IMG/VR virus record: IMGVR_UViG_3300043786_000977
Span: 144,909 to 208,908 of that record
Reading direction: 5' to 3' (one strand)
Length of the DNA stretch: 64,000 nt
Below the pieces are notes generated by a model that was not told where the DNA came from, did no database searches, and saw only the letters and a list, made by a program, of their open reading frames with translations. Positions 25,796 to 39,056 of this stretch are shown piece after piece. The position numbers and the translations under genes are program-made. The stretch's first letter is position 1. Each line of letters begins with the position of its first letter.

Positions 25796-26758
25796 ATGCC
25801 TAGAAATGCGATGATTCTGAAGGAGTGTGACATCTGTGGCGCGGATGTCGTGTTGACTCAGCCGGGCGGTGCTGCGCGGTACATGTGCACAAAGTGTAAG
25901 GCCGTGTACTATCACAGCGGCACCCGGGATATGTCCTATCCAAGCCTGTACGATGCCCCACCGTCCAACCAACAGCAGTTCCGCGTCATGCACAGTCAGC
26001 TGTTGGCAGCTATGGCTGCGGCGGGAGGGATGAGGAAGGTCGATACACTGTCGCACTTGCGCCACGATGCTGATTATTACATGCGTGCGTTGACGGGTAG
26101 CGTTTTTACCTACAACGATGTGGTACAGTGGCGTCGGTCAGATCACGCCAACTGGCAGTACGGCATCGTCAAGGGTTACGATCCGGCACAGAGCCTATTC
26201 TGTGTGGAAACGGGAAACAACACCGTGTTGTGGCTCGATCATACCCAGGTCCGCGTGAGCACGCAGTCTATGCCTCAGCCTGTGGTGGCCCCGCCCTCCA
26301 AGGCAAAGGAAGCCCGCACGTCGAAGAGTCAGGCCCGTGCTGTGAAGCTGCGTGTGCGTGCGCCCGCGTATCCGGGGTCTTGTTATATGGCAGCGCCGAT
26401 ACCGGTATTGCCATCTACCCTCACGGTCTGGACGTACCAGCTTGCCGGGGGTAAGTCAACACCTATCAAGACAGAGATCCCGTTCAATACGACAAGATGG
26501 ACTCCAGTATCTGGTGTTTCGTGTGTGGTGTACTTCAACCCGCACCAGAACACGTACCATGTCTTCGCAGAGAATTCGGGGGCAATGCTGGGTACGGGCA
26601 AGAACAGACGCGACCTGATGCGTCGGGTAAGACGTGAACTATGGGAGTCGTCACCGGAAGACGTACTGCATGAACTGGAAAAGGCCACTGTCGTGTGTAA
26701 CACGCAGGCAGTACCCGTGCCGTTGGATGTGTTCTTCAATCGTGTGTTTGCCGATTGA
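25796..26758 (+). CDS. Hypothetical protein with N-terminal Zn ribbon
   Basis: CDIC...CTKC; SD GAGGAG. Confidence 0.65.
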   Translation: MPRNAMILKECDICGADVVLTQPGGAARYMCTKCKAVYYHSGTRDMSYPSLYDAPPSNQQQFRVMHSQLLAAMAAAGGMRKVDTLSHLRHDADYYMRALTGSVFTYNDVVQWRRSDHANWQYGIVKGYDPAQSLFCVETGNNTVLWLDHTQVRVSTQSMPQPVVAPPSKAKEARTSKSQARAVKLRVRAPAYPGSCYMAAPIPVLPSTLTVWTYQLAGGKSTPIKTEIPFNTTRWTPVSGVSCVVYFNPHQNTYHVFAENSGAMLGTGKNRRDLMRRVRRELWESSPEDVLHELEKATVVCNTQAVPVPLDVFFNRVFAD

Positions 26759-27890
26759 CATCTGGTTATAAGCCGGGTGGCCTATGCTCGGTGCATAGGT
26801 CACCCGTAGCTTTTCCCTTTTATCTGTCAGAAAGGAATCCGAGTATGAAAGAAGTACAAGTGGAAGTCGATATACCTGAACTGCGCAGGTTCACCCGGCG
26901 TGATCTGTTTGCAGCTGTGGCGCTTCATGCTGCATTGTCAAAGGGTATGACTCACCGAGTTGCGGTTGATATTGCAGAGAAGTCAGCACGTCTTCTGTGC
27001 GAATGTCTGCCCGCCGAGGTGGATGAAACAGCTGCGGGGTAACTATGGGTATTAAAGTAACATATACGAGTACGGGCAGCCCAGGTGCTGGAAAGCGTTG
27101 GTACGTATGGACAGAGATCAAGCCCCGGACGTGGCGCAAGGAACGGCTGGCCACATACGTACGACACTTGCAAGAACAAGGACATCATGAACAAGTTTCA
27201 TTTGTATTGTCGCGGGCAATACGGAAAGGATACAGATTACGGACATGAAAACAAAGGCCAGTGATTTCTCAGTTGGTGATCCCGTGACATATGTTCCGCA
27301 TCATGCCCATGGAGATGTGAACCATCCGGATTGTGAACAGGGTCACGTGTCGACGATCAAGGAAGGCATCGAAGATCGAATCTGGGTACGTTTCAAGGCT
27401 GCCACAGGTGCCTGTTGTGACATCGAGAACATTCAGTAAAAGGAGACAAGGGATGAGTATGAAAAGACAAATGACTGAAGAGGATTTGCGAGACAAGGGG
27501 ATGCCGTTCAAGTGCAACAACTGCGGACAAAAGCCAATGTTGGACGACGTAATAAAGCACGGAGCCGAGTGCCAGGTGTGTGGGGACGAAGTGATCACCT
27601 ACACGCTTGAAGCCGCAAAGTTAATAAGACAGCTGTTGGCTGTTCCCACCGCCCGTGTGCCACCTGTGGACTCTGTTCATCTCCTCCCGCACCCGACGGA
27701 TGTACGTCTAGATCTTCATCGCGTGCGTCCAGAAGACAACTGGCAGTTTATGTTGCGCGTAAACAATGTTGTGTTCACTATCGGCCCAGAGTGTAAGACG
27801 CTGCAGGAAGCGCAGGATATACGGACCGCATTTAAGAAGGCATTGTTTGACCTACAGTGTACTTTTATAAACGCAAACTGAGGTTTTGTA

Positions 27891-28700
27891 ATGAGCAAGA
27901 AAACAGATCAGGTTAGTCGTATCCAGTTGTGTGATGTAAAACCCCCGCAGGACTGGATGCAGGTAACCTGTGGGGTGTCACAGTTATATGATATGTACTG
28001 GAATGCACTCTTTCAGGCATTTGCACCTGTGAGCGTATACAGTATAGGGTTGCCAGTTACCAGTTTCGATTACCTCGTAAGGAACCTGAAGCCTGGCAAG
28101 GATGCACAGGCGACTGCTACCTGGTGGTCGTGCAAACTCAGTTTTAGCGGTAAGCAAGTTACGCCCCTATCGTTTGCTGAAACGGCGCACGGCTGTATCA
28201 ATCAGCGACGTAAGTACACCGATGCCCCGTACATCTGTCACCCGATAGCCGTGGCTGACATTGTTGCAAGTGTCCCGCACACAGATAACATGCTCGCAGC
28301 AGCCTTGTTACATGATACGGTTGAGGATACGCCGGTTACACTACATGAGATCCGTGAATATTTTGGACCCGACGTCGCGACACTGGTTGAGATGCTGACT
28401 GATGTAAGTAAACCGTCAGATGGCAACAGAGCTGCACGCAAGGCAATTGACCGTGCGCATACTGCAAAGGCAAGTCCTGAAGCGATGACAATCAAGTTGG
28501 CAGACTTGCTGGATAATACACGTAGTATCGTGGAACACGATCTGAATTTCGCCCGCGTGTATCTTCGAGAGAAGTTAGATCTCTTGGATGTGCTAGGGGC
28601 GGGAGATAAGACGTTATATCAACTGTGCTGGGAGACGGCAACAGCTGGTATGAGAAAGGTGGCGGACGCCGATGAACAACGGCAAGCCGAAGCGCAGTGA
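27891..28700 (+). CDS. HD-domain hydrolase, RelA/SpoT-HD (MESH1-like)
   Basis: AH..QRRKY...[30 protein letters not shown]. Confidence 0.88.
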   Translation: MSKKTDQVSRIQLCDVKPPQDWMQVTCGVSQLYDMYWNALFQAFAPVSVYSIGLPVTSFDYLVRNLKPGKDAQATATWWSCKLSFSGKQVTPLSFAETAHGCINQRRKYTDAPYICHPIAVADIVASVPHTDNMLAAALLHDTVEDTPVTLHEIREYFGPDVATLVEMLTDVSKPSDGNRAARKAIDRAHTAKASPEAMTIKLADLLDNTRSIVEHDLNFARVYLREKLDLLDVLGAGDKTLYQLCWETATAGMRKVADADEQRQAEAQ

Positions 28701-31700
28701 TATTCATTTTTAACCACAACACAGAAGGATCGACACATGACAGTAGAACTCCACTCTAAATACATGCACGGTAACCACAACATCGAGATTGTCCAGTACG
28801 CCATGGGTGGCAACTGCATCCGCATTACCGACGCCTTGGATGGCAGTCCCGCTGCTACAGCAACAGTGTGCATCCCCGAGGCTCCGCTGCCTCCTGGGCA
28901 AGTGTGGCTCAAGGGCTGGTCGGAGAATGAAGGTCTGCCTGAGGCCCTCGCTGCGGCCGGCGTCGTAGAACTGCTGACACAGGTCTATCGGTGCGGTCAC
29001 GCATACGCCCAGTTGGCCCGCTTGTTAGTAAAGGAGTAAGACGATTGGAAGCTAGTAATCAGCCCGTTTTAACCGTAGATCAGGCAGACAAGTTAATGCG
29101 TCGGGCAGAGCACGAGGTTTGTTACGGCGCCAAGAGAGCAGTGGAGATGTATCTGCCGGTGTATGCACAGGAAGCAGCGTTCTATCTGTTTCGCAAGTGC
29201 GCAGAGCATTATGGACTCAGTGAATCTGAGATCTTGAAATGCAGGGATATCATGGATCAATTTGGAATGTTGGAAGAACAGGAGAAGAAACATGGGAGCG
29301 TATAGAGCGAGTCCGAAATCGACGAAGATCAAGAACGGATGCACCCGGACTAAGAGGAGTTCGGGGAACATCGGTTCTGCGATTGCCAAACAGCGAGCAC
29401 GTCGTCGTGCTAAATAACCTGAGGAGAAAAAGCAATGTCGACAGTGACCGTTGAACAGATAGCTGCCATTCGTTGCGCCTATGCGGACTTAATAGGCGCT
29501 AGGCAGGCGCAAGAACAGATGGACTTCGGAGCCCATGATTGGAAGGCACACGACCTTTCGATAGCTGAACTCGAAACCGAATTCCCGTTTGTACTCGAGC
29601 CGGTTCATGAGGCCCCACCTATAAGCAAGGGTCAGATTGATCCTGACGATGCACCGGAGGGTTGTATTGCGGTTCCGTATACTGACTGTGGCACTTGTGC
29701 ACTTACTGATATAAAAGATTGTCACAAAGGGGAGTGCTTCGCCGACGAACGTAAGGACGGTCGGTCAGTTCAGTTTAAACGACGAACGGAGTAACCAATA
29801 TGAACTGCACCATCTGTGAGAAACCAATCGTTCTTGTGCCTAGTGCACAGGAACGAGCCCGCAAGGATATGGCCGGACACCCGGCAAGTTACTACATCAA
29901 GCTCTTCACCACGCACACGGCTTGCTTTCTGCGGAAACGGAAGGAAGAAACGTCAGCGTTGATGAAGAGAATAAGGGAGCAGCAAGCACACGATACCGTT
30001 GTGGTTAACCTAATGTGAAGGAGATAACAGCATGAAACATTGCTATACGATGATCTGTGTAATCTGTATCTATCTACTGGTTCCGACAACGCGGGCCGGT
30101 AACACCGACGACATTGCGCGGCTCAATCTTGCCACCAACGTGATGGCGATGCTGATGACGTCGATGGCGACAAATGGGATACATTACGTTCTGGAGGCGA
30201 CAAACTTTCCCTACGGCGTAGAGTATATGGTCACCCGGGGCACCCTGACCAATGTGGTTAAGCAGCTACTTGCCGAGGGACATGTCTGTGCCATCATGGG
30301 CGGACACAGGTGGGTAATCACGCAGGCTGTAGCCACTGGACCAGATGGTGGGTACATGTACCGGCGCAGATGCGAAATCTGCAATAAGTGCGAAGTAAAA
30401 GAACCCGGTACGTGGAAGTGAAGGAGGTAACCATGTTAATAGATGAGACCCCTTTGACTATTACGAAAGCTGACTTCTGTGCCGGCACATTAGCATTCTT
30501 TTGTGTTATTGTGCTGATCATTGGTATATGCCTGTCCTTGCACGGGGGCTGTGCGGATCAGCATCCGGTACCACAACCCGCGGGCCTGATCGAGAGTGAT
30601 TAATGACTGCACGCAAGAAGCAGATCCTTAAACAAGTCCAGAAGGAACAGATGAAACGTGCTGCCTTCCGGATACAGATGAAAAACAGAAACAGGAGAAG
30701 TCATGAGCAAACCGAAAGCACCCGGTCGCGGGTATCGTTGGCTCCGGTCCACCGAGACACTGCGTGAGACTGATGAATACAAAGTCAACGACGGTTGGCG
30801 GCCCACTAGTTGGCCAGGACAGAAAGCAGACGATTGTTGGACATATCGTCGCAAGATCAAACCCAAGCCCCACAAGGTCCCTAGACCCCCGCGGTTGTCA
30901 ACCCTCTGGCGGCGTGTCGAGCAGATTGGTCTTGCCCTTCGCAAGAACCACATCGCGCTCGTCCGCCTGACACGGAGAGAAGCAACACTCGGTAATAAGT
31001 TTAATATAGCTCACGAGGCCCATCGTGTGGCGAAACGAAACCAGGAGGCACAATGAGAAGACGATACCCACTTTCACCCGAACAGAAAGCAGAACGTATA
31101 CGCCGCATTGACGCGGCTAAAGCGTTAGGCTGGAAAGGTCCATGGCGCTTTGGTAACGAGCACCTTCACGGCACCCCACCTAATGGCAAACGCACAGATG
31201 CCGAAGGAGACCATGTTCCGGAAGAGGAGACCCCTCAAGCCCGTCGCCTGTGCCTCTACCACGAAGGCATACGCCAACGGGCACACGAATTCGATGAAAT
31301 GCGCGATGCCATTGTGGCGTTCGCGAACGGGCAGGAATGGGCTGATAAGTCATGGAAAGAACAACCGCACATCAAGCGGCTATTCGACATTGCCAAGGCG
31401 ATCCCTACGTCGGAGTCTCCACATGGATCCAGCATACAAAACCCGGCCCCGTGAGGTCTGGTCACGCAAGCAATGTCTTGCGGCGGTCAAGCACCGTCAC
31501 ACCGACAGCTACGGATCCAAAGGCCCCGCCGGTCTGATCCAAGGCAGCGCTGATCCATACCCTCAGTATGGCACCCAGCGATTCAACGGCGGGATCATAG
31601 CCGGTGATGTGTGGTACACCATAGGTACGCGCTACCCGTGGCCCAAGATCCCCGCCGAGTTCGGTCTCTATCACCTGTGCTCGTGGGGCGTCATCGTCAG

Positions 31701-33462
31701 CGCACGTGAAGACGCAGTCCTACGCAAGCTAGATCAACACGAACTCGTCTTGGACGAGGAAGGATACGAGAAATGAACCTGACAACAGAACAAATTGCGA
31801 TTCTAGATCACACCACGTACCGTGCTGCCCGTGGTTGCTTCTGCGGAGACAGCCCTGACATGCAGGTACTGGTCGCTGCGGGCCTGATGAAATCGGCTGG
31901 CCGCATCCCTATATGCCCCGATGAATACTTCCGTATAACATTGGAGGGCCTAGCAGCACTTCGTGAGGCTAAGGAAGCCCAGCCGTTGCCCATGCATGAG
32001 GTGTTACTACAACCCAGCGAGGCCCGTAACCCCATCTACATTGAGTACTACGCGCACGCGGCCTGTGATTGTTACAAGATCGATGTGCCGTGGACTAAGT
32101 TTGCTAAGCATACCGTCGTCCTGTGTCGGGAATCGCTCGGCTACGAGCATGCCAAGAAACTGGCGCAAATGGCCATTGGGGAACATCTCGCCGGTGCACT
32201 AAACCAACCCGTGGAACAGAAATGAACAGAACTACAAGCATCACACAGGTTATCCTAAAAGGTGTACAAGATGCGGGTGGTGCGCTCTCGATAGCAGATA
32301 TCGATCGCATCGCCCTCACTGCCTTTAAGAAACGAGCTAACAAGCGCCGCGGCGTGAACGTGGAAGTGGCCGAAATGGTTAAACAAGGGCAGCTGCGGAT
32401 CGGTACCGATGGTCTGTATCGTATTCCGAAGACACGCAAGGATGCCTATCCGATTCACATCGGTACGACGTTTTACACACTTCCACCCACTACGGGGACC
32501 ACATGGTTAGATCGCCCCTTACCGCAGGGTAAAACGCACCGGTTTGAGGATTAGACGTATGAAGACACTTCTTCTTCTGCTATTTGCCCCTGGGTATGAT
32601 GCGCAGATGCCCCCGGACGACGACAAGACGTATATCGCCGGGGCCTACGTGTACTCACCCTGGTACAAGCAGTGGCCTGTTGAGCGCACCGTGACAGGGC
32701 GCAGGAAAGCGTATAAGGCTGCACGTTGGGAGGCCCTGATGCTGGACTGGTCTACCGTCAGCCGTATGTGCGGTGTGGACTGGTACCTTAAAGAAGTAAA
32801 GGAGAATCACAATGTCATTCACTGACGGCAAACCGTTCATAGCGACTGAGGCACACTGCAAGGGCAAATGGGGTGGTGTCCCGAATGGATTACACTTCCG
32901 CTGTGCTTTCTGCGGCTACAAGTTCGTACTCGGAGATACAGTCCGTTGGCAATACACCAATGAATACCGCGGTGCTTCCGGCAATCCGCTGGTGTGTGTT
33001 AAATGCGACTGTCCTAAGGACGAACTTATCGCCAAATGGAGAGCCATGCATGAAGAAGCCAACGGGCGCATGTGGTGGTTTACACAAAGGTAGAACTATG
33101 AGTAAAAGGATCACAGCACCTGGAACAGGCGTACACCCCAGCACCAAATGCAGCCAGTGCAGAATCACCGCGGCGGAAAGTTCCAAGCTACCCTCCGTAG
33201 CGACCGGCATCGACCACCCCGTCTACAACCAGACTAAATCATTCTACCGAAGCGGTGGTTGCAACACGGGCGTACCAGTCACACACATGTGCCCCCGGTG
33301 CCACCGGGAGGAAGCACTGGAAGGCGCCATGCGAGCCATGGACGCCTACGCAAAGAAACACGGCGAGAAAGCACTCGGTAAACTGATGGTCGGATGACCA
33401 CCATACCCCCGCCGGCGTCAAACCCGGCGGGCCTCTTTCACGACAGAAACAAGGAGATCACG

Positions 33463-33951
33463 ATGGACATCATGAAGATGAAATGGAAGATCGACCCTGA
33501 CGAACCCTGTCAGATCATCACAGATGAACCTGACGGCGGCTATTGGAACGTGTTCTTGGCTAACGCCTGCCTGCCGGGCGACAGGGACGGACATCAAGCC
33601 GCCGCTGACTTAGTCGCGGAGCACAATGCGCACCTCGAATCCGTATTGGCTGTCAAAACACAACAGCCGAAGTACCGCCTGTACGTTGAAACAGACTTCG
33701 ACTTCTCTCTGATATTCCACGGTGTTCTCTATGCCGCTAGTGAGATTGATCTGGGCATCAACGACGTCAAAGAACTTGACGAGATCGTGTTACGGGGACC
33801 ATTCGGAGCACCAGAAGACCCGGAGAAAAGATGGGAATGGGATGAAGCCATGGCGGCGATCCGGGAAAACCCGGAAGAAGACTTCAATAACACCGGTGGT
33901 AATCGCGGTGTTCTGTGGTCAGTGCGGCTACAACAAAGGACAGAACCATGA
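33463..33951 (+). CDS. Hypothetical protein (paralog of 41156..41494)
   Basis: Shared MKMKW...TDE...LPGD.DG...HNA segment. Confidence 0.65.
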   Translation: MDIMKMKWKIDPDEPCQIITDEPDGGYWNVFLANACLPGDRDGHQAAADLVAEHNAHLESVLAVKTQQPKYRLYVETDFDFSLIFHGVLYAASEIDLGINDVKELDEIVLRGPFGAPEDPEKRWEWDEAMAAIRENPEEDFNNTGGNRGVLWSVRLQQRTEP

Positions 33952-35524
33952 AACAAGGTCTCGCTGGCAGGATCGAGGCTACACAGAACGCGCTGACTTC
34001 CCCGGCGAATATGTCCTGCTCGTACACCCGGAGACGCGGGTACGCGGGTCCGTGTCCTAGTGACAAGAAATGCCCGGCGTGCAAACTGATCAAAGAACTG
34101 GAGGAAGTGAAACTATGAACAAGATCGACTCGAACAAGATTGACTTGAACACCTGTAAACAGGGTGACAGACTCCACGCCAAGTGTGGGGACGTTTACAT
34201 CTACAAGGCCAAGAACAGCACAGGCGCGGATTATGCGCACTCGGCCACGATAACTGAACCCTACGGCCACACATGGACCGGAACGTTCACCGACGACGGG
34301 GTATATTGCAGGTTAGTTGATTCCGGCATGAGGAACATCGTGAAGATCGAACACGTTGAATCGGTGGACCTTCCGACTCAGGCGGGTTTCAAAGTCCCGG
34401 CTCTGCGACCGAGGCGTGAAGATTCCCGTGGCCCGGAATACGGGTTCTACGAGGCCCACTTCATCAACGAGGGCACGCGCCATAACTACATCGTGACGAA
34501 GTTCAACCGGGACGGCAAGAAACAATGGGATGTCCTTGTGCATGTCGAGAACTTCTTGGCCTTTATGGCCGATCAACACTGAGGAGCAGCATGAGAAGAT
34601 GTAAGTGTGGCCATGCTGGTGAACACCATCCCAAAAGCTATTGGTGTGGGAAGTTTTGTGGTCGTGGCCCGTGTAATTACCGCAAACGGACAATGGTGTG
34701 CACTTGCGCATATTATCGGCCCGCCAAGGTCCGTAAAAGCGCTGTAGCAGTCCGGGGGAAACCATCATGAAATATGGAATGCAGCACAAGATCAACCGAG
34801 ACCACATCATATGTGAGACGAAGTCTGCTATCGAGACGCTCTGCGCCTTCGCAGGGTATTTGGTGGCACACGTGCCGACCGACAAGGCGGAATTCGAGCG
34901 CACAATGTGGTGCATGGTAGAGTTGCCGAAAGGTAAACCTATCCGTTTCCACAAACCTCTGATTAAACACCGGCAGGTCGAGGTGAATGTCTGCAATCAG
35001 CACCTGGATATGTTGTCACATGCTTACTCAATGTACGAGGCGTGTATGGCAGGTTATGTCAGAGGCGTCGATATCTAAACAACCAAACAGGCACTCTGGA
35101 ACAATTCGCCCAGCGACTGACGGAATCACGTTACCACAAGGCGTATCACATCTTCCTGCCTGCGTTTTATGAATGGGTCAAAACACTAACAAAGGAGAAG
35201 CACACATGAGTAAAGAGTATCGGACGCTGACCGCTGGAGAAACACTGCAAGCGGGAGATCAGTTCATGTCTATCGGTGTTTGGGTGGGTACCTATGATAT
35301 AGGTAAAAAAGTACCAAGGGTAGAGCCGGTATACCGCCGACTCTTATCCGCACTTCCGCCAGTCGTCGCAGCACTACGTGATATGATCCTACTCGCTCAG
35401 AGTGAATACCCCCGGACTGAGTGGGAGGAACGCGGTATTACTGAGGCTGTCCGGATTTACCGGGAGACCTATAGGCATACCGGAACTGAACCCGATCCCC
35501 GTGTGGAATAGAAAGGACGATAAC

Positions 35525-36079
35525 ATGAAAGCAGTAGGACTGGTAGTGGTTAATGGTGGCGTAGCATACGACTATGCACCGACGCACGTTGACATTCGGG
35601 TTGTTGACGTTGATGGCATTAAGGCTGGCGACGCGAAAGTTCAGTTGCCAATCGGCGTAGGCTTCGAGCACCTGGTAGATCAGGCAGACGTCCGTGAATA
35701 TGTTGACTTCATCTGTCCGCAATGTGGTGCCCTCGCTGGTACTGAGCCTTGTAAGGATGAACAGGACAAACCAAGGCAGAGACTAGTAGTAGTGAAGCGC
35801 CTTACGTACCTCGAATGGGTAGACACGTATAAGCCTGTCACGAACCGGGTGGTGAAGGATGCACCCTACGACGGACACATGTACACTCCAACTGGACTAG
35901 AACTAGCGGTCGTACAGGACCAGTATGACAGGCGCCCGAGATGTGTGTGGACTTTGATAGAGACAGCAGGTGACCACCGTACGATAGTCAACGGTTATCG
36001 GCGGGTGAATAGTGTCGGGTACTTCGTCACCGAGGAACCCTATTGCACCCGTGTAAAGGTCAGTTTCAACTATGGCTAA
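35525..36079 (+). CDS. Hypothetical protein (C-terminal paralog of 37101..37406)
   Basis: YKP..N....A.YDG.M....G.EL..VWTLI...VN..GYF.TE.P. Confidence 0.65.
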   Translation: MKAVGLVVVNGGVAYDYAPTHVDIRVVDVDGIKAGDAKVQLPIGVGFEHLVDQADVREYVDFICPQCGALAGTEPCKDEQDKPRQRLVVVKRLTYLEWVDTYKPVTNRVVKDAPYDGHMYTPTGLELAVVQDQYDRRPRCVWTLIETAGDHRTIVNGYRRVNSVGYFVTEEPYCTRVKVSFNYG

Positions 36080-36268
36080 ATCAAAATGGATTGATCAACG
36101 GGACATTCCCGCCGCTGGGCGTTACGGAAAGATCAAGACACCGGGATGTGAATGCACCACCCTATTCACGTGTGGTGCGTGCCTCGCTCGTGCACATGCC
36201 CGAAACATGGCGGAACGTGAGGCGTCTCCGTATTGTCGGGACGCCCCTACCCGCCGGAAGGAGACATC

Positions 36269-36646
36269 ATGAGCATAGATGCGATGCCCGGCTGTTACGG
36301 ACACGAACAGCGCAAGGCGCGTAAGACCCACAAATGCTGCGAATGCGACGGCATTATTCAGGTTGGTGAACCCTACCACTACCACCATGGTATCTGGGAC
36401 GGTGAAGCGTCGGACTTTAAGGTATGCCTCGACTGTGAGGTACTAAGGCACGAATACGACGCCGACTCACATCCAGACGAATGCACAGCGTTTGGCGAGT
36501 TAAGTGAGACGGTTGCAGGATGCGGCGCGCATGAGAAAGAACTCTTCGTGCGGTTCGTGGAGATTAAACGCAAGCGTGGAGCGTCCGTATCTGACTGGAT
36601 GGCAGAGGATGCTGTTGCATATGCAACGAAAGGCCCCACACCATGA
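36269..36646 (+). CDS. Zn-binding phage protein
   Basis: ARKTHKCCECDG...CLDC. Confidence 0.65.
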   Translation: MSIDAMPGCYGHEQRKARKTHKCCECDGIIQVGEPYHYHHGIWDGEASDFKVCLDCEVLRHEYDADSHPDECTAFGELSETVAGCGAHEKELFVRFVEIKRKRGASVSDWMAEDAVAYATKGPTP

Positions 36647-36870
36647 CAAGGAGACAGTAAAATGAGCATCAACAAGAAGCAGACCCGCATTACCATACCG
36701 GCGACGAAGAAGGTGGTACTTGAATTCATCGAGTATCATACCGAATTAAAAGCAAGATGTTTCAAATGTTATTACCAGACACGATCCTGCGGGGACGTGC
36801 CATGTGGTGTCGGCGATCGCATCGACGGGAACACCGGGTATTATCGGGTAGTCAAACAAAAGGCAAGACA

Positions 36871-37104
36871 GTGAGTAAACCAAATGACGGTGGACCGGCG
36901 TTTCCAGCGCTGTACCCCGTCGAGGATGAGACTGGACGGTTGGGTATGTCCCTGCGCGACTGGTTCGCCGGGCAAGCATTGGCGGGGATACTGGCGAATC
37001 CAGCGCTTGTAGATGTCAAGGCGGCAAAGTGGGTTGCGTCATATGCCTATGAGATTGCCGACACGATGTTGGCCGAACGTGACAAACCACGGGTGACACC
37101 GTGA
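36871..37104 (+). CDS. Conserved small phage protein (GGPAFP/GMSLRDWFA family)
   Basis: DGGPAFP...GMSLRDWFAGQAL. Confidence 0.7.
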   Translation: MSKPNDGGPAFPALYPVEDETGRLGMSLRDWFAGQALAGILANPALVDVKAAKWVASYAYEIADTMLAERDKPRVTP

Positions 37105-37406
37105 GTAAATCAATGCCTGCCTTATGTTCGCAGGTTAAGCGTATGCGCTATGCCACATGGTTGGTACGGTATAAGCCCATTGTAAACTCGTTGGTGGAAG
37201 ACGCGTCCTATGATGGTTATATGTTCGAGACCTATGGCGCCGAATTGCAAGTTGTCCAGGCTGCCCGTAAGAAGCACGTATGGACTCTAATCGACACCGG
37301 CCGTAAGCGCCCAACTATAACCAGCGGTTTTCACTTCGTTAACCGCCTGGGTTATTTCCTCACAGAGAAACCCTGCAACGACGAATTCCTAGAAGTCAGT
37401 GCATAA
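37101..37406 (+). CDS. Hypothetical protein
   Basis: Paralog of the 35525 C-terminus. Confidence 0.65.
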   Translation: MSKSMPALCSQVKRMRYATWLVRYKPIVNSLVEDASYDGYMFETYGAELQVVQAARKKHVWTLIDTGRKRPTITSGFHFVNRLGYFLTEKPCNDEFLEVSA

Positions 37407-37802
37407 AAGGAGACAACAGATGGACAAGTTAGCGTGTTTAGGTTTGGGCTGGTTCCTTGGGTGTCTTGTGATGACGATCCACTACCACGCAAGCGGATTA
37501 ATTCGTTCGCGCAGTGAATGGTATCGTTATCGCAAGCTGAAAGGGTACACGGTGCCCGAATAACTCACGCAGGCGCCAAATGAAGAAAAAGCAAATCATC
37601 CAAGCCCTTGCGTCTTTTGACGATGAAGACGACGTTGCAATAGGTGACGTCGTCTATCTAGGGACCGTTTGCCGCATCTGCGGAAAGAGGCAATACGGTA
37701 TGTCATACATATGCGTATTAGCACCTGGACATAAGGGGCGCTGCTACTGCTCCTGTAAGAACGTATTCTTTGACCCTGATATACCACTGAAGGAGATTCC
37801 AC

Positions 37803-38630
37803 ATGAGCGAGACACTGAACATTGAATGGTTTATATCCGCGCTTCAACACGCTGGATGGCGGGCGCCGCTGGATGCACAACACGACCAAGCGGCAGCCCT
37901 ATGGGCCCGGATAACGGAAACCCACAACCGCGAACGCGCTAATCTGATCAAGGAACGGGACGGGTACCGTTACGCTCATGTGTGTGCGGAAGCAGATTGT
38001 GAAACGGTTAAGGAACGGTGGAAGAAGACCGAAGCCGAACGTGACGAGGCACTTGCAGCTAAGGAGCGGTATCGTTTGGAGAACAAGGAACTGCTTAAAA
38101 GTTTATCCGGGTCAGGGTTTACCCGAGAGATGGACTTTTTGAGAAGTCAGCTTACTGCGATGACTGCAGACCGCAACAGGTTTAGGTCCCAGGCAGGAGA
38201 GTTGCACCGCCGACTAAACGAGATGATCGCGGCTAAGGAATTGGCCGAGCGCCGCGTTGAAGATGTAATGTGCATTCAAATGGCGAATTACGGCAATGCG
38301 TCAGCCACACACATGGCCTTATTGGATTGGGCAAAGCTGATAAACGCCGAAGCGACGAACAAACCGCAGGAAACCCCTGCATTGACCATCAAGATCGTCT
38401 GCACGTTCACGGAATCGCCTTCGTTTAACGTTCGACTTCTGCATAATGGGTTAACCTTCTTTTATAACAGCGAGCGTCTACAGGGGAATGAACGCATTCA
38501 GAAGGTCGGAAAGATCCTGGGCATCACGACACTCTCTGTGGGTGAGCACGAGATGCAGATCACACAGGAGCAGTACAACGCCATATGTGACGTTGAGGTT
38601 GGAAGAGAGCAAGGTAAGGAGACAGTATGA
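37803..38630 (+). CDS. Coiled-coil hypothetical protein
   Basis: Heptad-rich E/R/A segment. Confidence 0.65.
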   Translation: MSETLNIEWFISALQHAGWRAPLDAQHDQAAALWARITETHNRERANLIKERDGYRYAHVCAEADCETVKERWKKTEAERDEALAAKERYRLENKELLKSLSGSGFTREMDFLRSQLTAMTADRNRFRSQAGELHRRLNEMIAAKELAERRVEDVMCIQMANYGNASATHMALLDWAKLINAEATNKPQETPALTIKIVCTFTESPSFNVRLLHNGLTFFYNSERLQGNERIQKVGKILGITTLSVGEHEMQITQEQYNAICDVEVGREQGKETV

Positions 38631-39056
38631 ACACACTCGAAAAGATTAAAGAACAGGGACTCACAGCGGACAAGTTGTTTGAACAGATGGGTAGGCGTGC
38701 GATCAGAAAGGATTGTGGCGGCATCCGTCTGATGTATCGACATACCCGTTTAAACAGGCAGCAGGACAGTTTCTGCTGACTTCGTAATCAAACACTGAAG
38801 GAGGACACACGTGAACAAGATTGATCTAAGCAAAGCCAAGCCAGGTGATTGCTTCTGTTGTCGTAACAGGATGGTAATGCGCTTCTTGGGGCCTAACACG
38901 TTAGTAAACAAGGAGCTGTACCCGTATGCTCTGGAGAAGGTATCTGGACGAGGTGGGGGCTGTGCGTTCACCTACAAGATAGACGGCAAGTATACGCAAT
39001 CGGGATTGGTGTCTCTCTTTGATCTGGTATCAGCTGTCCAGATGTCCACCCTCCAG

